Both the position numbers and the translations under genes were made by a program. Source: a virus (lineage: Duplodnaviria > Caudoviricetes). From it: a stretch of 64,000 bases of DNA. The notes below the pieces were generated by a model. It was not told the DNA's origin. It searched no databases and saw only the letters and a list, made by a program, of their open reading frames with translations. The DNA is taken from IMG/VR virus record IMGVR_UViG_2890351070_000001, positions 1 to 64,000 of that record; one strand, 5' to 3'. Of the stretch, positions 47,671-57,872 are shown in pieces (position 1 is the stretch's first letter; every line of letters begins with the position of its first letter).

Positions 47671-48792
47671 ATGAAAAAAATCAAACTAGTTTCTAGTGCT
47701 TTTTTGATGGCGACAATGTTGAGCGGCTGTGAATACCTGAGGGCAGCATCTTTTCAAAAAGCCAATGATACCGGAATTAGCAAAGGTCAGTTTTCTAGCT
47801 TAGTTTATATGAATAAAAGTCAACATGTATCCGATGCATTTAATGACAAAGAAGAATATAATCAACTGGTGGAATGGGATCTTGAGTTAGATAAGGCTAT
47901 TAACGTGTGCTTAACGCCTCCACCTATACCTCCAATTCCATTGCCATCTGATGTAATGCCTCTTAATTCCTTAACTGTGGTAGCAGCTCCATTCATTGCG
48001 GCGGGGGTTCAGCTTGCTTTTGGTTTTGCTGTCGATGAGTTGTCGAGCAGAGTTATTGAACTTAAAAAAAGAGGCTCTAAAACATATGCAAAAAATATTG
48101 TAGTGCCTGGTAGTGTGCTGGATGTATCAAATTCAACTGCACTCAACAAAGAAGTTGAGCTTAACGCAAACCAGTCAAATGATGTGATTATAGAATGCTT
48201 GCTGCTTCATAGAAAAACAATGGTTCCCGTTGAAGATAAGAATGGCAAAAAAATAAAAGATGAGAAGGGGAAAATTAAACTTGAACCAAAGATTAAGATG
48301 GCAACAGTCGTTCAAGTCTTGAAGCGGGGAAATGGAGCAGTCTTCAGAACGTCATACTTGCGTTTAGATAATGGTGTTGCTTTGACAAGTAAGCCTAAAA
48401 AAGGTGGTTCTCCTGCCTTAGCTGTTTCATCAGCAATATCTTCTAAAGGACTCAGGAAAAATACAAAAAATCAGGGTGTTGATAAGGTTCTTCTCGCTGC
48501 AGAAAGCCTAGGGACGGTTTTAGTTAAAGTAGGTAGTGAAAAATCGGTTTTTGCTAATTGTGGTTATACTAGGGATGAAGAGAAAGATCTTAGAGAGTGT
48601 GGCCCTGAAAGTGATATTGTGGCTCCTTCAGATGGTACGTTGTTGGGTAGCTCTTACACAGTAGCTATTACTGAGAAGGGGTCTATTGGCTTTGATGCTG
48701 ACAGAGCAAAAGCTGAGCTAGATACAGTCAAAGCTGCAATCGGTCCTGTCATCGGTGAGTATGTTAACAATCGGTTGAATCCGCCTGAGTGA
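47671..48792 (+). CDS. Lipoprotein moron
   Basis: Lipobox LSGC; AT-rich, own RBS. Confidence 0.7.
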   Translation: MKKIKLVSSAFLMATMLSGCEYLRAASFQKANDTGISKGQFSSLVYMNKSQHVSDAFNDKEEYNQLVEWDLELDKAINVCLTPPPIPPIPLPSDVMPLNSLTVVAAPFIAAGVQLAFGFAVDELSSRVIELKKRGSKTYAKNIVVPGSVLDVSNSTALNKEVELNANQSNDVIIECLLLHRKTMVPVEDKNGKKIKDEKGKIKLEPKIKMATVVQVLKRGNGAVFRTSYLRLDNGVALTSKPKKGGSPALAVSSAISSKGLRKNTKNQGVDKVLLAAESLGTVLVKVGSEKSVFANCGYTRDEEKDLRECGPESDIVAPSDGTLLGSSYTVAITEKGSIGFDADRAKAELDTVKAAIGPVIGEYVNNRLNPPE

Positions 48793-48861
48793 AGTAGATC
48801 AGAAAGCTTCTATTGAAATAACTTTCTAAAAATTCTATAATTTCTACGGATACTTACGCCT

Positions 48862-48893
48862 AAAGCCCTTCTCATTTGAGTTGGGCTTTTTTT
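48862..48893 (+). terminator. Terminator immediately before terS
   Basis: aaagccc/gggcttt plus T-tract. Confidence 0.65.
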
Positions 48894-48906
48894 GTGGAGA
48901 AAGCAA

Positions 48907-49359
48907 ATGAGCCTCACCGATAAACAGCAACGCTTTGTTGAGGAATACCTGATTGACCTCAATGCAACGCAGGCTGCGATAAGGGCTGGACACAGCATCA
49001 AAACGGCAAGACAGATAGGTTCCGAGAACTTGTCAAAACCAGATATTGCAGTTGCTATTGCTCAAGGCATGGAAAGCCGAAGTGAACGTACTGAGATTAA
49101 CGCGGATTGGGTTTTAAATGGTGCTGTGGAGTTGTTCAATAAATCTATGCAGCACGAAGGCTTGGTCGATGAAAACGGAGACCCTGTCGGCGAGTATAAA
49201 TTCAACGCTGCGGGAGCTGGTAAAGCACTGGATCTTGTAGGCAAGCATGTTGATGTCCAGGCATTCAAAGAAAGAGTAGAGCACACCGTCGAGGGCGAGC
49301 TTATGGAGAGGCTTTTGGCTGGTCGTAAGCGCTTGAACGAGGAAGCGGATGGCGAGTAA
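48907..49359 (+). CDS. terS: Terminase small subunit
   Basis: LTDKQQRFVEEYLIDLNATQAAIRAG. Confidence 0.92.
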   Translation: MSLTDKQQRFVEEYLIDLNATQAAIRAGHSIKTARQIGSENLSKPDIAVAIAQGMESRSERTEINADWVLNGAVELFNKSMQHEGLVDENGDPVGEYKFNAAGAGKALDLVGKHVDVQAFKERVEHTVEGELMERLLAGRKRLNEEADGE

Positions 49360-50812
49360 GGTTGATCTCGATATTGCTGAGGATTGCTCACGCTTCTACG
49401 CTGACCCATTAGGTTTTGTGGTATGGGCTTTCAATTGGGGTAAGGGTGATCTTGCTGGCTTTGAGGGGCCTAGAGATTGGCAGAGAAAGTATCTCACTGA
49501 GCTTGGTGAGCAGATCAAGAACCGTAACTTTGATGGTCTTCACCCGGTTGCGCCGATGGATATGGCGACAAGCTCAGGACACGGCATTGGCAAATCAGCA
49601 ATGTCGGCCTGGCTTATCCTTTTTGTTATGTCCACACGGCCCTTCGCTAAAGGCGTTGTAACATCCAATACAAGCGACCAGCTAAAGACCAAGACGTGGG
49701 CCGAGCTTGGCAAGTGGCATAAACGCTGCTTAACGGGCCACTGGTTCACATACAACGCCAGCAAGGGAAATATGAACCTCATCCACAAAAGGCACCCTGA
49801 GAGTTGGCGAGTGGATGCTCAGACGTGTCGCGAGGAAAACTCTGAAAGCTTTGCCGGATTGCACGCCGCAAACTCAACACCGTTCTATCTCTTTGATGAA
49901 GCATCCGCAGTGCCTGATAAAATCTGGGAGGTTTCTGACGGCGGTTTGACCGATGGCGAACCTATGCGCTTTGTCTTTGGCAACCCAACACGAAACACAG
50001 GTCGCTTCTTTGAGTGCTTCAACCGGTTACGCCATAGATGGAATACACGGCAGATTGATAGCCGCAATGTAGCCGGCACAAACGACAATCTCATGGCCCA
50101 GTGGGTAGAAGACTACGGCGAAGATAGTGATTTTGTCCGTGTTCGTGTCCGTGGCGTCTTCCCTCGGGCTGGATCTACCCAGTTCATCAGTTCTGAACTT
50201 GTCGAGAACGCCCAGAAATGTGACCTACAGGACAATCTCAACATGCCGTTGGTCATCGGTGTAGATGTGGCCCGTTTTGGTGATGATCAGTCCGTTATTC
50301 TCGTTCGGCGTGGCCGCAAGGTTTTAGAAATAACAAAGTACCGTGTGGATACCATGACATTGGTTGGTCATGTGATTGAGATGATCCGCAAGTGGAAGCC
50401 TGATGGTGTGCTGGTTGATGGTGTGGGCGTTGGTGGTGGCGTTGTCGATCGTCTAAAGCAATTGGGTCATGACTGTATTGATGTGAATGCAGGAGCCAGA
50501 GCACATGACCAGAAAACCTACATGAACAAACGTGCTGAAATGTGGGGCAAAATGCGCGACTGGCTCAAGGGTGGTGATATCCCCGCTGATGATCAGGAGC
50601 TTGAAACTGACCTCACAGCGATTGAGTACGGCTTTGATGCCAAGAACAGACTACAGCTTGAGCGCAAGGAAGACATGAAGAAGCGCGGGCTGCACTCGCC
50701 TGATGTGGCGGATGCACTGGCGCTCACCTTTGCCGAGGACATCGTTAAGTGGTCAGAGGATGATTACGGCGATATGGAGGTCGCTATCTCGGATTATGAG
50801 CCGGGGGGTTAA
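49349..50812 (+). CDS. terL: Terminase large subunit
   Basis: Same motifs and 487 aa length as 4772-6235. Confidence 0.95.
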   Translation: MASKVDLDIAEDCSRFYADPLGFVVWAFNWGKGDLAGFEGPRDWQRKYLTELGEQIKNRNFDGLHPVAPMDMATSSGHGIGKSAMSAWLILFVMSTRPFAKGVVTSNTSDQLKTKTWAELGKWHKRCLTGHWFTYNASKGNMNLIHKRHPESWRVDAQTCREENSESFAGLHAANSTPFYLFDEASAVPDKIWEVSDGGLTDGEPMRFVFGNPTRNTGRFFECFNRLRHRWNTRQIDSRNVAGTNDNLMAQWVEDYGEDSDFVRVRVRGVFPRAGSTQFISSELVENAQKCDLQDNLNMPLVIGVDVARFGDDQSVILVRRGRKVLEITKYRVDTMTLVGHVIEMIRKWKPDGVLVDGVGVGGGVVDRLKQLGHDCIDVNAGARAHDQKTYMNKRAEMWGKMRDWLKGGDIPADDQELETDLTAIEYGFDAKNRLQLERKEDMKKRGLHSPDVADALALTFAEDIVKWSEDDYGDMEVAISDYEPGG

Positions 50813-51432
50813 CCAGAGATAGTTCCAATGTAAGATAATACGCCTACAAATATAGCAACTACAGCGATACAGAGAGATGCAACTGTTGCTGTATACCCAA
50901 ACAGGGCTGTTCTTGAAGGCATCTTTGCTAAGGATAAGATTATCGCTCGCTGATCGTCACGTAATCCTCGAATTTCTTTATTAGTGTCTTTGATATCATT
51001 TCTGATATCGTCCATATCTCTACGAATGTATTCGAAGTGAGTTTCTAGCTTAGCTACTCTTTCTTCCATCTCGTCGTGCTCTCCTTCGCCTGCAGGCGTG
51101 GTTTCATACTGCTCTTCGGCCGCTTCTTCGTCAAGTTCACTGTCCATATCGGCCCAGTCCAAGCCGGGATATTCAGTAGCCGTCTCGTCTTCTGCCTGAG
51201 CGTGGGCAATTGCCTTCGTGGCCTCTAGTAATGCTTTTGCCGCCTCGTTTGAAATACGGCCAAACGATGGGGGAACAGAATTTTCACTGGCTTGGCGAGT
51301 TAAAAAACTAGGCAGTTCCCCTTCTCTTTTGTATTTCTTTATTCTAGTAAATTTACCTCGACTACCTTTACTAACTGTAAATGTGCCTGAGTTTTCTATG
51401 TAATGTTTTGTTTTCTTATCGCTGGCTGCCAT
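50809..51432 (-). CDS. Coiled-coil protein with C-terminal TM
   Basis: MEERVAKLETHFEYIRRD coiled coil plus hydrophobic tail. Confidence 0.6.
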   Translation of the reverse strand: MAASDKKTKHYIENSGTFTVSKGSRGKFTRIKKYKREGELPSFLTRQASENSVPPSFGRISNEAAKALLEATKAIAHAQAEDETATEYPGLDWADMDSELDEEAAEEQYETTPAGEGEHDEMEERVAKLETHFEYIRRDMDDIRNDIKDTNKEIRGLRDDQRAIILSLAKMPSRTALFGYTATVASLCIAVVAIFVGVLSYIGTISG

Positions 51433-51470
51433 GATTTATCTCTAATATATGGTTATTTATCAATTAGATA

Positions 51471-51602
51471 TCAATGACAGTGATAGCCGCCAGTTGCGGT
51501 TTCATTGTGACAGCCGTTTGAATCTGTCCCACCTGAGTGTGAATAAGCAGCAGAAATTCCCAAAGCCAGAACGGCAATGATAGCAAGAATAGATTGTTTC
51601 AT
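51471..51602 (-). CDS. Small secreted His/Cys peptide (YHYH-like), copy 1
   Basis: Hand translation MKQSILAIIAVLALGISAAYS-HSGGTDSNGCHNETATGGYHCH*; GGGGAG RBS. Confidence 0.8.
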   Translation of the reverse strand: MKQSILAIIAVLALGISAAYSHSGGTDSNGCHNETATGGYHCH

Positions 51603-51666
51603 TGATTACTCCCCCGTTTAACGCGAAAAATATTGCGCCTAAAGGTTGCGGGAGTCAAGGTTGCGT

Positions 51667-52056
51667 CTAATCGAACGCCTCAACCTGTTGTTGTGTGAGT
51701 GTGTTGGGCTGTTTCTTGATGAGAAAGTAAATACGGAAGAAGTCGAAGAAGAGGACAAGAGGTAGTAGCCAGCCTGACACAATGTAGCTTGTTCCAATTA
51801 TTATTGCTAACAAATCATGCCTTTGAAATTTATTTATTAGTCCCTCTACCCCTAATCCTAGCAACCAAGTTAGTTTAGTATAAATAACGAAAGGGCCATT
51901 TCGTGTGTCTAAAAGCACGATAGTTAGGAAAATAAAGAACACCCCAACCACACTCATGGCCAAAGCACTCCATCGCTTCCCCAAATACCACCGATGCCCA
52001 CCGAAGACACCAGTGAACAGCCAGAGTAAGTACGCTATGGGCAAGGATTTATTCAT
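51667..52056 (-). CDS. TM2/NINE-domain membrane protein
   Basis: Paralog of 6257-6646. Confidence 0.85.
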   Translation of the reverse strand: MNKSLPIAYLLWLFTGVFGGHRWYLGKRWSALAMSVVGVFFIFLTIVLLDTRNGPFVIYTKLTWLLGLGVEGLINKFQRHDLLAIIIGTSYIVSGWLLPLVLFFDFFRIYFLIKKQPNTLTQQQVEAFD

Positions 52057-52062
52057 GGGGAT

Positions 52063-52890
52063 TTAAAGTTCTTTTATATCTAAACCATACTCAGTGTCAC
52101 TCATTTGAGCTCGTACAATTTTTATTTCTGTTGGGTATTCTGTGATTAATTTTCTTATGAAGATTTCGTTTGAAGAAGAAATATTACTTCCAAGGATAAC
52201 TGCATCTAGTGCTTCTGGGGGAAAGTAGAAAAATTTTCTAACTTTCCGAGAGATATTATTTTTAGGCGGGATTTCGATCAAACGATACTCTTTCTCATAC
52301 GCCCACTGTGATGATTTTGTTAAAAGTGCCTTTTTGTATCGAAGCTCATCATTGTCTTTTATTAGATTTATAATTGGGCGGTTTTCTTCATAAAATACAG
52401 GAAAGGCATTTTTTAATCGGGATCTGCTATTCACTAGATTGAGGCGCAAGCATATTCCTTCGTGGTTTCCCCCATAATGTGACCACATTAATATGTTGCT
52501 GCAATTTGCAGAGAGAGACAATACCCGTGATACATTCGCTAATAATTTCCTAGCGTCATTTTTTCCCTTATTGAACAACTCATTGTCAGTTGATTGTTTT
52601 CTTAACCTCTTTAACCCTTGTCTAACTTTCTTCCGAGTTTGACTTTTTGTGAATTTTCGAGCGTCTTCTTCAATTAAATCTCTTAGATAGAGTTTCCGTG
52701 CGTATGATGATGCTTCCCAACTGTATGCTGGGCAGCAGTCAAAAGGATCATTAAACTGAGAGGGAGTGGCACAATAAAGACGTTTATGTGTGAATATCTC
52801 TGAAACTTTTCTTAAGTCATCAGGATTTGATAGAGCTCTGTATTTGTACAAGAATTCAGGCGGGTCTTGTGAAATGAAATCTGCTGTCAT
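52063..52890 (-). CDS. DUF2971 family protein
   Basis: LYKYR, FNDPFDC, LMWSHYG..H.GICL, K...W.YE.EYR. Confidence 0.85.
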   Translation of the reverse strand: MTADFISQDPPEFLYKYRALSNPDDLRKVSEIFTHKRLYCATPSQFNDPFDCCPAYSWEASSYARKLYLRDLIEEDARKFTKSQTRKKVRQGLKRLRKQSTDNELFNKGKNDARKLLANVSRVLSLSANCSNILMWSHYGGNHEGICLRLNLVNSRSRLKNAFPVFYEENRPIINLIKDNDELRYKKALLTKSSQWAYEKEYRLIEIPPKNNISRKVRKFFYFPPEALDAVILGSNISSSNEIFIRKLITEYPTEIKIVRAQMSDTEYGLDIKEL

Positions 52891-52940
52891 TGCATGATCT
52901 TCTTAAATATCACTCAAACAAAGAAGGAAGAGGGCGAGGG

Positions 52941-53600
52941 TTAGAAGGGAATTTCATTTCCCTCGTATCTTGTGTCGGGTTTCGAATAAATATCTTCTTT
53001 AGAAGCTAGTCTGCTTTTTTCAAGAAAATCAGATATTGTGAAAAAACCAGTCCAGTTCACGTAAGCACTGATTTCTTCTTCTGTGTGCCAGTTCACGTCA
53101 TATATTGCGACGCCTTTTGATTCAATATCTGTTCTTTTTGGACCCGTTTTGTTAATTACCCTTAGATACCAATAGTTATTGGTATTTATCTCTTGGTCGA
53201 TAATATTTTCAATTAAGTTCATGTATTTATTGAATTCTTGAGTGTCTATTGGAAGTATCCATTCTGTGCTGTCAAAAGTAATTCCTGCACTTAACAAATT
53301 CTTCGCCACTTCTCTTACTTCACTTTCTGGTGCGTAAAGGCGTACACCGCTTCCATACATTTTAGGCCGGGTGGGTTGCCCTATCGTATCCTCTGCTTCA
53401 GAATCATTAACAAACACGATGCCTTGAGATTCGAGGCAGGCTATAGCAATGTCGTAACTGGCAATAGAAATATTTTCAGTACCTTTGTTTTCCATTCTTT
53501 GGATAGTCGAAATCCCTAAGCCAGTTGCATTTGCTAGATCAGTAGCCGACCATTTTATTAGCGCGCGCGCGGCACGAATTTGTGATGCAGATATTATCAT
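52941..53600 (-). CDS. Xre HTH regulator
   Basis: QIRAARALIKWSATDLANATGLGISTIQRME. Confidence 0.85.
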   Translation of the reverse strand: MIISASQIRAARALIKWSATDLANATGLGISTIQRMENKGTENISIASYDIAIACLESQGIVFVNDSEAEDTIGQPTRPKMYGSGVRLYAPESEVREVAKNLLSAGITFDSTEWILPIDTQEFNKYMNLIENIIDQEINTNNYWYLRVINKTGPKRTDIESKGVAIYDVNWHTEEEISAYVNWTGFFTISDFLEKSRLASKEDIYSKPDTRYEGNEIPF

Positions 53601-53694
53601 TGTGATCTTTTTTGTTTACATTGAACTAAATTGGTTCTATTTTATTGCCTGTGATATAAAATCGCTCAATAATTACTATGGAAAGATATCTATC

Positions 53695-53874
53695 ATGTCC
53701 AATCAAAACCATAATAAGGTCCTGTGTTCTGTTCCAATTACCGAAGATCTAGGGGTACGCATTAGTAATTGGAGACGTAAACAACCAATTATTCCGAGCA
53801 GAGCGCAAGCGCTTGTGTATCTTGTCAACAAAGGCCTAGCCGCAGAGGAGGCCGCACATGTCACACATGACTGA
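53695..53874 (+). CDS. Ribbon-helix-helix (Arc-like) protein
   Basis: I..WRRKQP.IPSR.QAL..LV.KGL. Confidence 0.65.
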   Translation: MSNQNHNKVLCSVPITEDLGVRISNWRRKQPIIPSRAQALVYLVNKGLAAEEAAHVTHD

Positions 53875-54160
53875 CCTATGGGCCGCTTATCGCAAGCACG
53901 AAGACAAAGCGGATACATATGGCAAAGAAGATGTGCCAGATAGCTGGTTCACAGAAGCCCGTAAAATAGAGCTCGGTATCACTGAGAACACACCGCAAAC
54001 CGCAGAAGACGTGGTTGTTAAGCTGAAACTGCTTAGGGAATACGTGAAGTTTAGTTGCGGAGATACCGAAGAAAAGCTGATCGATTGTGTGATCAGTTCC
54101 CTACAAAAAGAAATACCGATGACCAGTGCGTCGAAACATAAGGTCATCGGTACTTACTAG
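53858..54160 (+). CDS. Hypothetical phage protein
   Basis: GAGGAGG RBS; P.T..D...KL motif. Confidence 0.6.
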   Translation: MSHMTDLWAAYRKHEDKADTYGKEDVPDSWFTEARKIELGITENTPQTAEDVVVKLKLLREYVKFSCGDTEEKLIDCVISSLQKEIPMTSASKHKVIGTY

Positions 54161-54185
54161 AACGCTCCAAGAAAGGAGACATTAC

Positions 54186-54944
54186 ATGCTTAATTTAGTC
54201 CCAACACCGAAAAATAACAACCCCATCATTATCGATGGTCAAGAATTGCCATGTGATGAGTATGGTCGAGTGCACTTGAATTCACTTCATAAGTTGAGTG
54301 GTGCAGGGGGGCATAAGCGCCCCTATGAATGGCTTCGATTGATTGCCACTCAGCAATTATTAGAGGAATACTCCCAGAACGATGATACCCGTTCTGGCGT
54401 TTCGACCCAAAACGGCGGCTCCAACTCTGGGACTTACGCGAACGAACTTTTAGCTGTTTCATATGCAGGATGGATCAGCCCTGCTTTTCAACTCAAAGTG
54501 AATGCCGTTTTCTTGGCGGTACGTAATGGTGAGATTCAATCAGCAATCCCCCAGACCAGAGCCGAGATACTGAGGCTTGCTTTAGAGGTTGAGGAAAAGA
54601 ATGAGCAATTAACCGCGGAGAATAAACAGTAAGAAATCGAGGTCCAAAAGAACGAGGGTAAGGCGAATTTCATGGACCAGTTCGTTAATGCTGATGGTTT
54701 ATATGGGATACAAAATGCAGGTCGAGCATTAGGGTGCAAACCAAACCTGTTCAGCCGTTGGCTCAAGCAGGACTATCTATTCTATCAAGGCAACGCCCTT
54801 GTTCCTAAAGCTAAATTTATACAGCAAGGCATATTCGAAGTGAAAAGCACGATCATTGACGATAAGGCGAGGCCCAGAGCATTCGTTACACCAAAAGGGC
54901 TGGAATACCTAGCACCTCGAACGCCGGAAAATGTGAGAGTATAG
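54186..54944 (+). pseudogene. ant: KilA-N + ANT antirepressor split by in-frame TAA (54630-54632)
   Basis: KilA-N (LN.LHK.SG, P..WLR, YA.WISP.F) followed in the same frame by an ANT domain (L...L, F......P, VTPKG). Confidence 0.8.
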
Positions 54945-55038
54945 AGTAGGAGAGGCTCCATTTTGGAGCCTTTTCTTTTATAGACAGATAAAGTAGTGAT
55001 ATGCACTTAGTTATGCACGTGTTGATTGGGGGGAAGTA

Positions 55039-55407
55039 ATGTTTCGTTTGTCGGTATTAATAATAGGGTTAGCTCTTGTTGTGTCTGGATGTAATTCAAG
55101 ACAAATTGGTTTAACTGGCTCTGGTCCAATACAGCTAGGTCCAGAAATTTATGGTCAATACTTAGAGTATCTAGATTCTAACCCCATAGTATTTTCTGTC
55201 TCTGCAGATGGTCGCACAGGTTGGCATGCCTATACTTGCAAACAAACAATATGCAGGCCTGATATTAACCACTTGAAACAGATTTCAGTACAGTCATGCG
55301 AAATAAGGGCAGGTAAATATATGGATAACGAGGATGTTGTTTGTAAAGTGTACGATGTAAATGGAAGAATTGTTTGGGATCAATCCGGCCCACCAGTTGT
55401 AAAATAA
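55039..55407 (+). CDS. Lipoprotein
   Basis: Lipobox VSGC. Confidence 0.7.
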   Translation: MFRLSVLIIGLALVVSGCNSRQIGLTGSGPIQLGPEIYGQYLEYLDSNPIVFSVSADGRTGWHAYTCKQTICRPDINHLKQISVQSCEIRAGKYMDNEDVVCKVYDVNGRIVWDQSGPPVVK

Positions 55408-55476
55408 CTCTAAGATAATATTGTTTCTTTAAAACTCAACTAAGGCCCTTCGGGGCTTTTTTAGCGGGGCCAGTCC

Positions 55477-55605
55477 TTAATGGCAGTGATAAGACCCAGT
55501 TTTGTGGTTTGTGTGGCAGCCATTAGCATCAGTTCCGCCAGAGTGTGCGTAAGCAGCCGATGCACTGAGGGCTAGGATAGCAAGCGTTGCGAGTAAGCGT
55601 TTCAT
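55477..55605 (-). CDS. Small secreted His/Cys peptide (YHYH-like), copy 2
   Basis: Hand translation MKRLLATLAILALSASAAYA-HSGGTDANGCHTNHKTGSYHCH*; GGAG RBS. Confidence 0.8.
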   Translation of the reverse strand: MKRLLATLAILALSASAAYAHSGGTDANGCHTNHKTGSYHCH

Positions 55606-55637
55606 TTTTGTCTCCATTGTTCCCATTGCGTTCTAAC

Positions 55638-55862
55638 TCAATCACAAACTTTAGTGTAACCTGATCCTGTACAATTACCCCTGTTGTCAGATCCCCATTC
55701 TCCATCAAGAGAATACAAAAATGCACCCATAGAGCCTACAATCACAATAAGCCCTACCCATTCAATAGCCTTACTCTTAAGCTCCTCTTTCTTTTCTTGC
55801 CTTAGAGCATTTCTCTTTTGTAGTTCGTCCATGTTGCGTTCTAACTCAATATCTCGTATCAT
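55638..55862 (-). CDS. Small single-TM protein
   Basis: 74 aa with one TM helix. Confidence 0.45.
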   Translation of the reverse strand: MIRDIELERNMDELQKRNALRQEKKEELKSKAIEWVGLIVIVGSMGAFLYSLDGEWGSDNRGNCTGSGYTKVCD

Positions 55863-55912
55863 TCTCGCGGGCTAGTTCGCCCAAAGGCTCTGCAAACGCA
55901 GGGCCTTTTTTG

Positions 55913-56269
55913 TTATGTGTTTGGGTCTTCAAACCAGCAGAAGCCAGTTGTTCCATTTGAAGAATAACATCGACGGGTTAAGTCAGTTGTTTGCTCTATA
56001 GGTTGCTTGTGACAGTTCGCAACAACCTTACCGCAGACTGTGGCTTCTTTGGCTGTGGAAAGGTGTTTTGTATCGGCAGCGCAGACATCACTAGAAAGGA
56101 GTGATGATGTGCAGTTGTAGTTGTTTCTATAATCAGAACCAACGCCTGCACCACCAAGAGCATCAAGTGATCCAGTTATTAGACCGGGACCGAAGCTATT
56201 CAGATGAAATGAATTACAGGCAGACAAGCTTATAATTAAACAACCGATCACGTTAAACCGAACAAACAT
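55913..56269 (-). CDS. Cys-rich lipoprotein
   Basis: Lipobox LSAC. Confidence 0.6.
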   Translation of the reverse strand: MFVRFNVIGCLIISLSACNSFHLNSFGPGLITGSLDALGGAGVGSDYRNNYNCTSSLLSSDVCAADTKHLSTAKEATVCGKVVANCHKQPIEQTTDLTRRCYSSNGTTGFCWFEDPNT

Positions 56270-56338
56270 AATAACCCCCGTTATCTGCTCTTATGATGAG
56301 AGTGGAAACGGCAAGAGTCAACTATAAGGAGTTGAGAA

Positions 56339-57274
56339 ATGGTATCCAGAGCAGGGCCAGCAGGTGCAGGAAATGCCGAAGCAGCTAGCGGACGCGGTGG
56401 CGGTAACTCTAATCCTGATAGAGATAGCCCACGTGGCGGGAATAGCAACAAGAGAGATTGGAGTGCAAAAGGAGGCGGTTTCTCGACCAAGAATAAGCCG
56501 GGGTTTAGTAAAGCCAAAACGAAAGCCAAGAAAAGAACAGGGTTTAAGCCGACCCCAGCTCCAGAAGACGATGAGACTTTTAGCCATCCTAATGGTGTTC
56601 AATCTCCGGAGGCAAGACGGGAATATGCGGATCAATATAATAGGGCTAATGGTATTGGCAAATATTCAGGACGGGGGCAAGACTATGGGATGAAAGTTCA
56701 CCCTAGCGTTCTACCAGCCCTCAATCCCACTGCTAGAAAATCCATTGCTGAAAAGATAGCTCCCGAGCGTAGTTATGGTAGTGCTTTTGGTAATTTCTTT
56801 AGTGGCTTGCTTGGGCAAAGTTTTGCTAAAGCTGATGTGACTATTGATGATGCGGGACAGATTGCATACGAAGAAAACATCAATCCTGCTGGCTATGCAT
56901 TTGATCAATTCGCACAAGGCATTCCGGGGGGCGGTTTTTTCTCGGCAGGTATCGGCACGAGTGAGTATTTTGGTGGCCCTGGTATTCCTGGAGGAATAAA
57001 AAGCACCACATCAGCCGAGAAAGTAGATCAGCGTGCGGACGCTAACCGTGATAACCGCCAACGAGCAGGCGCAGGTGTTGGGCAGGGGAATAGAGCAGGG
57101 GGCGGTTCTGTCTTCGAGCGCGCACAACAAGTCCTTTATCCGCAACAAGCGCCAATAGCAGACGAAGACAAGCCGCAGCTAGGCGTAGGAGTGAGCCAAG
57201 GCAAGTCTAAGGTACGTAGAGCGCCGCAGTTATCTGTGTTGAATGTGAAGAGGCCGACGTTTGGGAGGGGTTAG
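56339..57274 (+). CDS. Pre-portal protein, homolog of 11058-11957
   Basis: AAGGAG RBS; shared N- and C-terminal motifs. Confidence 0.7.
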   Translation: MVSRAGPAGAGNAEAASGRGGGNSNPDRDSPRGGNSNKRDWSAKGGGFSTKNKPGFSKAKTKAKKRTGFKPTPAPEDDETFSHPNGVQSPEARREYADQYNRANGIGKYSGRGQDYGMKVHPSVLPALNPTARKSIAEKIAPERSYGSAFGNFFSGLLGQSFAKADVTIDDAGQIAYEENINPAGYAFDQFAQGIPGGGFFSAGIGTSEYFGGPGIPGGIKSTTSAEKVDQRADANRDNRQRAGAGVGQGNRAGGGSVFERAQQVLYPQQAPIADEDKPQLGVGVSQGKSKVRRAPQLSVLNVKRPTFGRG

Positions 57275-57675
57275 GGGAGTTGTGATTCTGTCAGGCCATT
57301 AAAGCAAGCAGCCTGACAAGTGCATGTTCCTTCGACTTCTGGATCTGGCGCGATATATAGCTGCCATTCTTTTGATGTTACATCGGGTTTATTTATTTGA
57401 CAAAGGCAGGCCTGTGAACTTTTCTGTGTTCCCACTGTAAGTAGCGCGCAGACTTGATGTTCTCCTAAAAATTGGCTCATGACACTATTCGTCGTTTGAA
57501 CTGGAAAAACCTTTACTGTTGGATTTGTTAGTTCTTCGACCTTGTCCGCAGCAGTAATGCCCGCAAAGTAATTAGATCCAAAAATTGATGCGCCGATTGT
57601 TGCAAATGCCCCTATAAGAGCGACAATGATTGTTGTTTGGTTTGATTGTCTAATGTTGTCTGGTGAATCAGTCAT
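57271..57675 (-). CDS. Membrane-anchored Cys-rich protein
   Basis: N-terminal TM; CLC and CTC motifs. Confidence 0.6.
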   Translation of the reverse strand: MTDSPDNIRQSNQTTIIVALIGAFATIGASIFGSNYFAGITAADKVEELTNPTVKVFPVQTTNSVMSQFLGEHQVCALLTVGTQKSSQACLCQINKPDVTSKEWQLYIAPDPEVEGTCTCQAACFNGLTESQLP

Positions 57676-57872
57676 TATATGCCCCCCTTAATGTATGCAA
57701 CTTTAGGTTATTGTGGTGTAAAAGCAAATTGTAAAAAACGGGAAATTAAACAGGGCATACATATTTAACTTACACCCCCATTGCATTTCATAACGAATAC
57801 GGCTATTATTTCCCACGGATCATTCCGTCAGTCTCATGTTTTCACACATGGGGCTTTTTTTATGGGAGAAAT

